Shown piece by piece: positions 14,783 through 20,361 of a stretch of 20,361 nucleotides of DNA. Below the pieces are notes generated by a model, which was not told where the DNA came from, ran no database searches, and saw nothing but the letters and a program-made list of their open reading frames with translations. The position numbers and the translations under genes were made by a program. Source of the DNA: Catajapyx aquilonaris. Lineage: Eukaryota. Each line of letters starts with the position of its first letter. Position 1 is the stretch's first letter. Where the stretch lies: assembly GCA_000934665.2 (NCBI GenBank), contig JYFJ02001343.1, forward strand, positions 62,001-82,361, read 5' to 3'.

Positions 14783-17713
14783 CTGAAACCAAGAGAACAT
14801 TTGTGCCAATCATTACGATCGCTGGAAGGCAAGAAGCCGCAAAACGACCTCAAGTTTGCATCAAGCGTGCAGCCAAATTAGAGCGGAGCCTTTCACACAT
14901 TTGTGTTCACACTGTTTTGGAGGTGATGAGTTCATCTACAGAGCCAGGAGCGATGCAGAATATGGGGAGTTTCTTAATGAGGAATGTAGTATAGGAAAGT
15001 GTGGTGTCGGAAGAAATGAGGACAATTTGTCGTTTAAAAACGTCCATGTCAGTGCCAGTTGGAACATTTTTACTTTCTGCTAATTTTTGTTGCTTCTGGG
15101 ACAATATATCCCTCCTCTCTGTTTGAGACACTTCCGATCCACATACGGGGTAATGCTGTCATTTTTGACAAGTACGGCGTAATATGCTGCTTTGAAATCG
15201 ATATAATGACTTGTTTGGAGAGTTAATTCTCAGAGGGAGAATCGCACTTTCTCTTATAGTGAAAACATGTCTATTCCGATGAGTACTTTCATTTGTAAAC
15301 TAGCCTTACATCTTTTGTGATCACAGTCATTTGAACACTTTGTGGGGATGATAAAGTGACCTGTCAGAACTGGGATTATTTTATTTACGCGCCATTTGTG
15401 AATTAGCCTACATAACTCGAATCAGGGCCATTCTTTTTTTCCAGTTTAAATCTCCAACTGCATGCTAGCCCGACTTTTCATAGTAGGACCTCAAATACTG
15501 TTGTGGTAGCATAGAAATAAAAACGTCTTATTAATAATTCAGTGTAACGTACTTGTAGCTATATTAAACTCATGTGTTTCGTAGCATCCTCAGGGCTGTT
15601 CTGTGCAAAATGTGCATGTGCATATCTTACAAGCTGCATCGCACGAATCTGGCTTCGAAATCAGAAAGTACGGTACCTAGTGTTTTTTGACCCTCCCNCC
15701 CCCCCCCTCAAACACGTGCATGCACGTGCGATTGGAGAGCAAGCCTGTCTAAAATGGAATGCAGACAAGCACGGTGCCCACACTTGAATAGGAACAATGG
15801 GAACGACAGCTATTGACCGACAGTTTGAATGCCCGACTTCAGTTGCACAAAGAGACATCCATTGCAATAAAGCAAAGCTCGCACTTACAACTGCCATTCC
15901 GGTCGACAACAACCTTTGCACTTTCTTTGTTCCACAGCATTAAAAAGAATACCACCGAGAATTTATAGCTCGCAGCGTTCTGAACCGATGTTGTTATACC
16001 ACCCTCTTGGACTTTGATCCACGTATTGACCCGAATCGGAAACTGCTGCCGAGAGTCCTCCACAGTCACAGAGAAAAACAGGCTGAGAGGAAATCTGACC
16101 CGAAAGTAACAAATACTGGCAACACCCTCTTGCTTCTGACGTATCTTACTAAACAATTTACTCTTTCCGGTGAACAAGTCAAGCCCGATGCATTTTTAAA
16201 GGTAGAACCGCATAACTATTGCATCTCCACGCCGCGCCGCCTCTTTCCTGACCCCGACGGGATATAGCAACACACATTAAGGTGAGGAGGTCCCAGTGCA
16301 AGGATATTGGAGAGATGTTTCTGACTGAGAAACACTGCTCTGAATTGTCTCCGAGTCAAATCCAAAGCTGTGTTTAATTTTAATTGAGTATTATCAATGT
16401 CAGTTTTAATTCACCAGAAGTTTTATTTCGTTTAGTTGTTCATCAAATTAAATTCCTAATGATAGCAGTAATTTTGTGGTAGTGCGCGGTACAGCGTGGT
16501 TTACATATGCTGGCCTAAGGCGGGTAATGTGCAATGGAGCATAATAGCATCACTATGATGTGGAAATAAAATTCGATTAGTAACAACTATTTGTGCATGT
16601 CGCGAACAATGAACTAACATCGGCAATTAGTTTTTTTTCTGGCTATTTAATTACCCCCATTCAGTAATTTGCAAACAGTGCCACCAGCAAGGAACTATAA
16701 TAACTGTCTCGCACCTGAAACTTTCAGAAAACAATGCTCCCGTCACGTACTACAAGTACATATGGCTTTACAGCACACCCATAAAACATAGTCAAGCAAC
16801 TACTGACCTAAAACTGAACAGGTGACTGTGCAATACTATTCTGTATAGACCTATGTAGGATATGAGGCTCGAAGAGTATTCCGTGACACGAATTCAGACG
16901 CGTAGACTTCATTAGTCCTCGTGACTTGCTAACCGTGATAAACAATAGACTGCGCATGATTGGATGTGGCGTCGTCGTAAATATTCCGTGGCTTCGTGTA
17001 TAGCCTATGTGTGCGTGCTGATTTGGGCAGATTTATGGAGTAGAGTTGTCTGACCTTACAGCAATTTTTCCCCGTTTTCACATCCACGCCCTTTACAGTG
17101 GCTTTGGGAGGTTTCCAGGCCTCCTTCTGTTGCATAATAGGCACTTTGCTTCCGACAGCACTCATGTTAGGACACAATTTGTAGCCATCATAAATGATGG
17201 TAATTTTTCAAGAGCTTTACCTGGGGGCAAAATAGTTCTGGAATATAATAATGCATTATTTCCGTAACCACTCTGCAGCATGGTGCAGTACAACATCAAC
17301 AACCTTTTGCATCTCCGTCGAAAGAACTAATTATGCATGTTGGAATTTGTCATGTAAATGGAATTTTTAATTACAGGAATGTCTTTGTTCTGCTGGCGAT
17401 TTTTAGTCGTGCCATTCGGCCTGCATGAGCATACACCAAATTTGATGATAACATGCACGTACCCATGGCCAGTGATTGCATTTCAATGTAGGACCGTCCA
17501 CTCTGTAAGAAATGATGGAATGCGAGCGTTATATCCAGGCACGCAATATGAGCAGCACATAAAGATTGCATGTTGCATCGACGCTGGTCATGTCGGCCTA
17601 GGGTTATGGAAGAGGTGGTGGCAAAAGTCCAACGCAAATAACCTCCACCGAAGGACGTCCGGCATTGTAAAAGTCATCGTCGCCACTAATTGATAGCGGC
17701 ACTGAAAAGCAAG

Positions 17714-17737
17714 CCCCCCNCCCCCCCCCCCCCCCCC
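17714..17737 (+). repeat. Poly-C homopolymer containing an ambiguous base
   Basis: C run of ~24 nt with N at 17720. A similar C-rich run with N lies at 15691-15707. Confidence 0.8.
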
Positions 17738-20361
17738 TCGAACAAGGAAGGCAAGGCAGAGGCAGGTGCGAACTACTTAGGACCCCAACCAGATAGAATC
17801 CATTGACCGTCAGACAAAGGCAACCTAACTTCATGGACGTTAAAGTTGCAGACGCGCACTTTGCCCATTTGCAGCTTCCATGCATACCAAGCTCCCTTAT
17901 ATTGGCCTTGGCTGCTGGAGGCAAGGCAGGTGTTTCAATAGGCTTTTCTATGACTTTCCTGCTGCTGGTGTGATGCACATGCATGTATGTGTGCATGAAT
18001 TTATGTATGTGTTCATGTGTGTGAAGCCCAACCCCCCTCCCATCACCCCAGGCAAGCGAAGTAAGAAACGAGGCCAGGAGAGACTGAATATAGTCGGTTG
18101 GCTAGTGTCCAGGGTAGTCCATTAGTGAGGCCACTACCCGCGATCATGGCTACCAGTCCACGAGGACTGCCAAATACGAATAAGGATGCAAAGTTTCCAT
18201 CGACAATCGCCAATCTAAATCATTAGTAGATTAGGAAGATACTTGTATAAATCCATGTGTGCAATGTGATAACTGCAAAATTGTGCTTTGTGTTGCAGCC
18301 ATGCACAAGCTCCGGCTTAATGTCAAACTGTTTCTCTGTCTCCATACCCATTCTGCAGAACTAATATAGCCACATACACTACTGGGTTGAGAGCTGGGAA
18401 ATTAATTAGGAGTTTGAAGCAGGAACTACGTCGGAAAGGCTTTACCTGTCCAACGTGCGAAACTGTATATCTGTGTTTATGATTAGTGCTTGCGATATGG
18501 GCCTTGCGACTAGACATGCTACATGAGTGACATTTCGTTCTCTGTTATAAATCAACTCTACAAGGAAGTGATTAGATCAGGGTTTTAATTAGGAAGAAAA
18601 CTCTGTGTCACTCTATACGAGCTATGATGTGGGACAATTAAACTACCACAGCCGTTTAATGTGTTGTAGTTAAACTATTTTCTAACTGCGTCTAGTGCAC
18701 CTGAAAGCAGAAGTGGATAATTGTACACAGTGCCGCTGTATAGGTCTAAAGCGTTATTCATTGCAGAAAGTCGAAAATACTGTACAGTACAGAGAGAAAT
18801 TTATATAGGTATCCCAGTCACATTCTTTGCAAGCACGGGCTCTTGGGATAAATGCAAATAGATATTATAAAATGCCGCGGCCAACTTCTATCCTGAATCC
18901 ATATACATATTGACTACGCCAAGCAGAGGCCTGGAATATCACGGAGTCTTTCTCATTCAATAGAGAGCTATAGGCTGTTGTGCATATCATGAAAAGTTGC
19001 AAATACACAGAATGATCTATAGAAGTGAATATAATACTTCCGGGAGTATGTTCTCTGATATAAATAATACGTAATCATATAGACACAAAATACTGTGTCG
19101 TCCGCGACGAATTGTTATATGAACTGTACTTTTAAAACGAATATTGACATTAATGAACAGGTTACACTACGTTGTTGTAGAAATTATACCAGTGTTTGCG
19201 CTGTGAGCTTATTGCGTACAATTTTACTGTCGATATAATTTAACTCAAAAATACTAAATATGGCAATGACCATGTTGCATAGGATCAAAAGCACTTGAAA
19301 CAAAGATAGCAAGTTCTCACTCATGGTCATGGTACAGTACTTTCGTTGTTTGTTCAGGATTCCCGGAGGATAAGTATAATGTCGTATCCAGTGTTCAGTT
19401 TTAACCTGAGGTGATCGGAGATTCCGCACAACAATTCCGATCTCAGGAAAGACTTCATCAAGAAGTCATCTTATAAATTAAATAAAAACAGCGAGGTCAT
19501 ATTGATACACTGGATAAATGACTGATGGATCCGGATAATAATCCTCTATACTCGTGTACACGAGACATTTATTGGCATGACAGCTCGAGGTACAGTAATG
19601 CATAAGCCACATGGTCTTACAGTATGCCAGATATTCAACTGCGCTTACGCGAACTATGTAGATGCAATCAGTAGTTACAGAGGCACTAGCATATTTCAGT
19701 GTGTTGGCATTCTGCAACTGAACCAGAAATGTGTATGGTGTGATAAGAGAAGCGAGTGTGTGTGTCACAGTTCATAGATTTTAACTTGCCCGTGCAGTAA
19801 GCGCATGCATACCAGCAATTGACGCAATCAGACAATACAAAATCCCTGCAATGTGACACGAAGAGTAAACCCACATCAATAGGATTCCATTATCTTATCG
19901 TCCGTTCAAAACACTTGATCCTTTATATACCCCACCTACTTTTAAATATAGAGTCGTCGCAGTGGATGGATCATAGACTATTGGTTGTCGTTCCTGATGT
20001 GTCGAAACGGACATGAACGAGTTGAAAGGTCAATAGAGCAATCCCATATCCTGCCACCCTTTCCCCTTGCCGATGAAGCCTACATAAGATGCTTGATTGT
20101 GACCTTACCACCCTCTCTCCCCCACGTCACCCTCACAACACACTCAACACGCACATGTGATACACACTGGCAAGGCTGTCCTCTAAATAAGAATTATGTT
20201 GGTCATATCCGGGGCTGTTCGAATGGTGCGATGAAAGAAGGCTTAACAGACTCTTCCGCACAGTGTACGAGGGGTGTTATATAAGTTCGTGGTTTCGCCT
20301 AGAAGGAGAAGCAAATGCGGAAGCTAAACATCGCCATTAAATCGAGCCACCCTTCAAACCC

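Noticed and set aside
17215..17240. Minus-strand ttttgcccccAG|GTAAAG as a recursive splice site or 17-nt exon
   Set aside because: Short pyrimidine tract and frame-breaking length. Cannot be supported from sequence alone.
18446..18470. Minus-strand 25-nt AG...GTAAAG segment (YTVSHVGQ) as an upstream NDRG exon
   Set aside because: Poor pyrimidine tract, and phase incompatible with the 14782 exon, which needs a phase-1 donor.
14800..20361. Short ORFs in the distal 5.5 kb
   Set aside because: None encodes the missing NDRG N-terminal motifs or any recognisable domain. Treated as a long NDRG intron.
1..20361. CRISPR arrays, tRNA/rRNA genes, prokaryotic operons
   Set aside because: None seen. 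The window is intron-containing animal DNA.

Overview
Eukaryotic, arthropod-like genomic DNA with three transcription units. (1) A complete 7-exon Suppressor of fused (Sufu) gene on the minus strand (CDS 3231->795, 474 aa). (2) The 3' part of an NDRG-family (Drosophila MESK2-like) gene on the minus strand: six coding exons from 14782 to 8519, a 3'UTR intron, and a ~2.8 kb last exon ending near 5255. Its 5' exons were not found in the window. Two candidate frame-preserving microexons (12 and 27 nt) lie in its 3.4 kb intron. (3) Between them, head-to-head with Sufu and tail-to-tail with NDRG, lies an apparently non-coding plus-strand gene. It starts at a TCT/5'TOP-type initiator (~3555), has two short exons, and has one 1434-nt intron (3727-5160). 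By manual inspection this intron folds almost end to end into a nested, G-U-rich, multi-domain structure, including a junction with seven arms closed by an ~800-nt long-range helix. It matches no RNA family I can recognise. It is the best candidate for an undescribed system: a very large structured intronic RNA released from a snoRNA-host-like carrier transcript. All folding was done by eye and needs computational and experimental confirmation.
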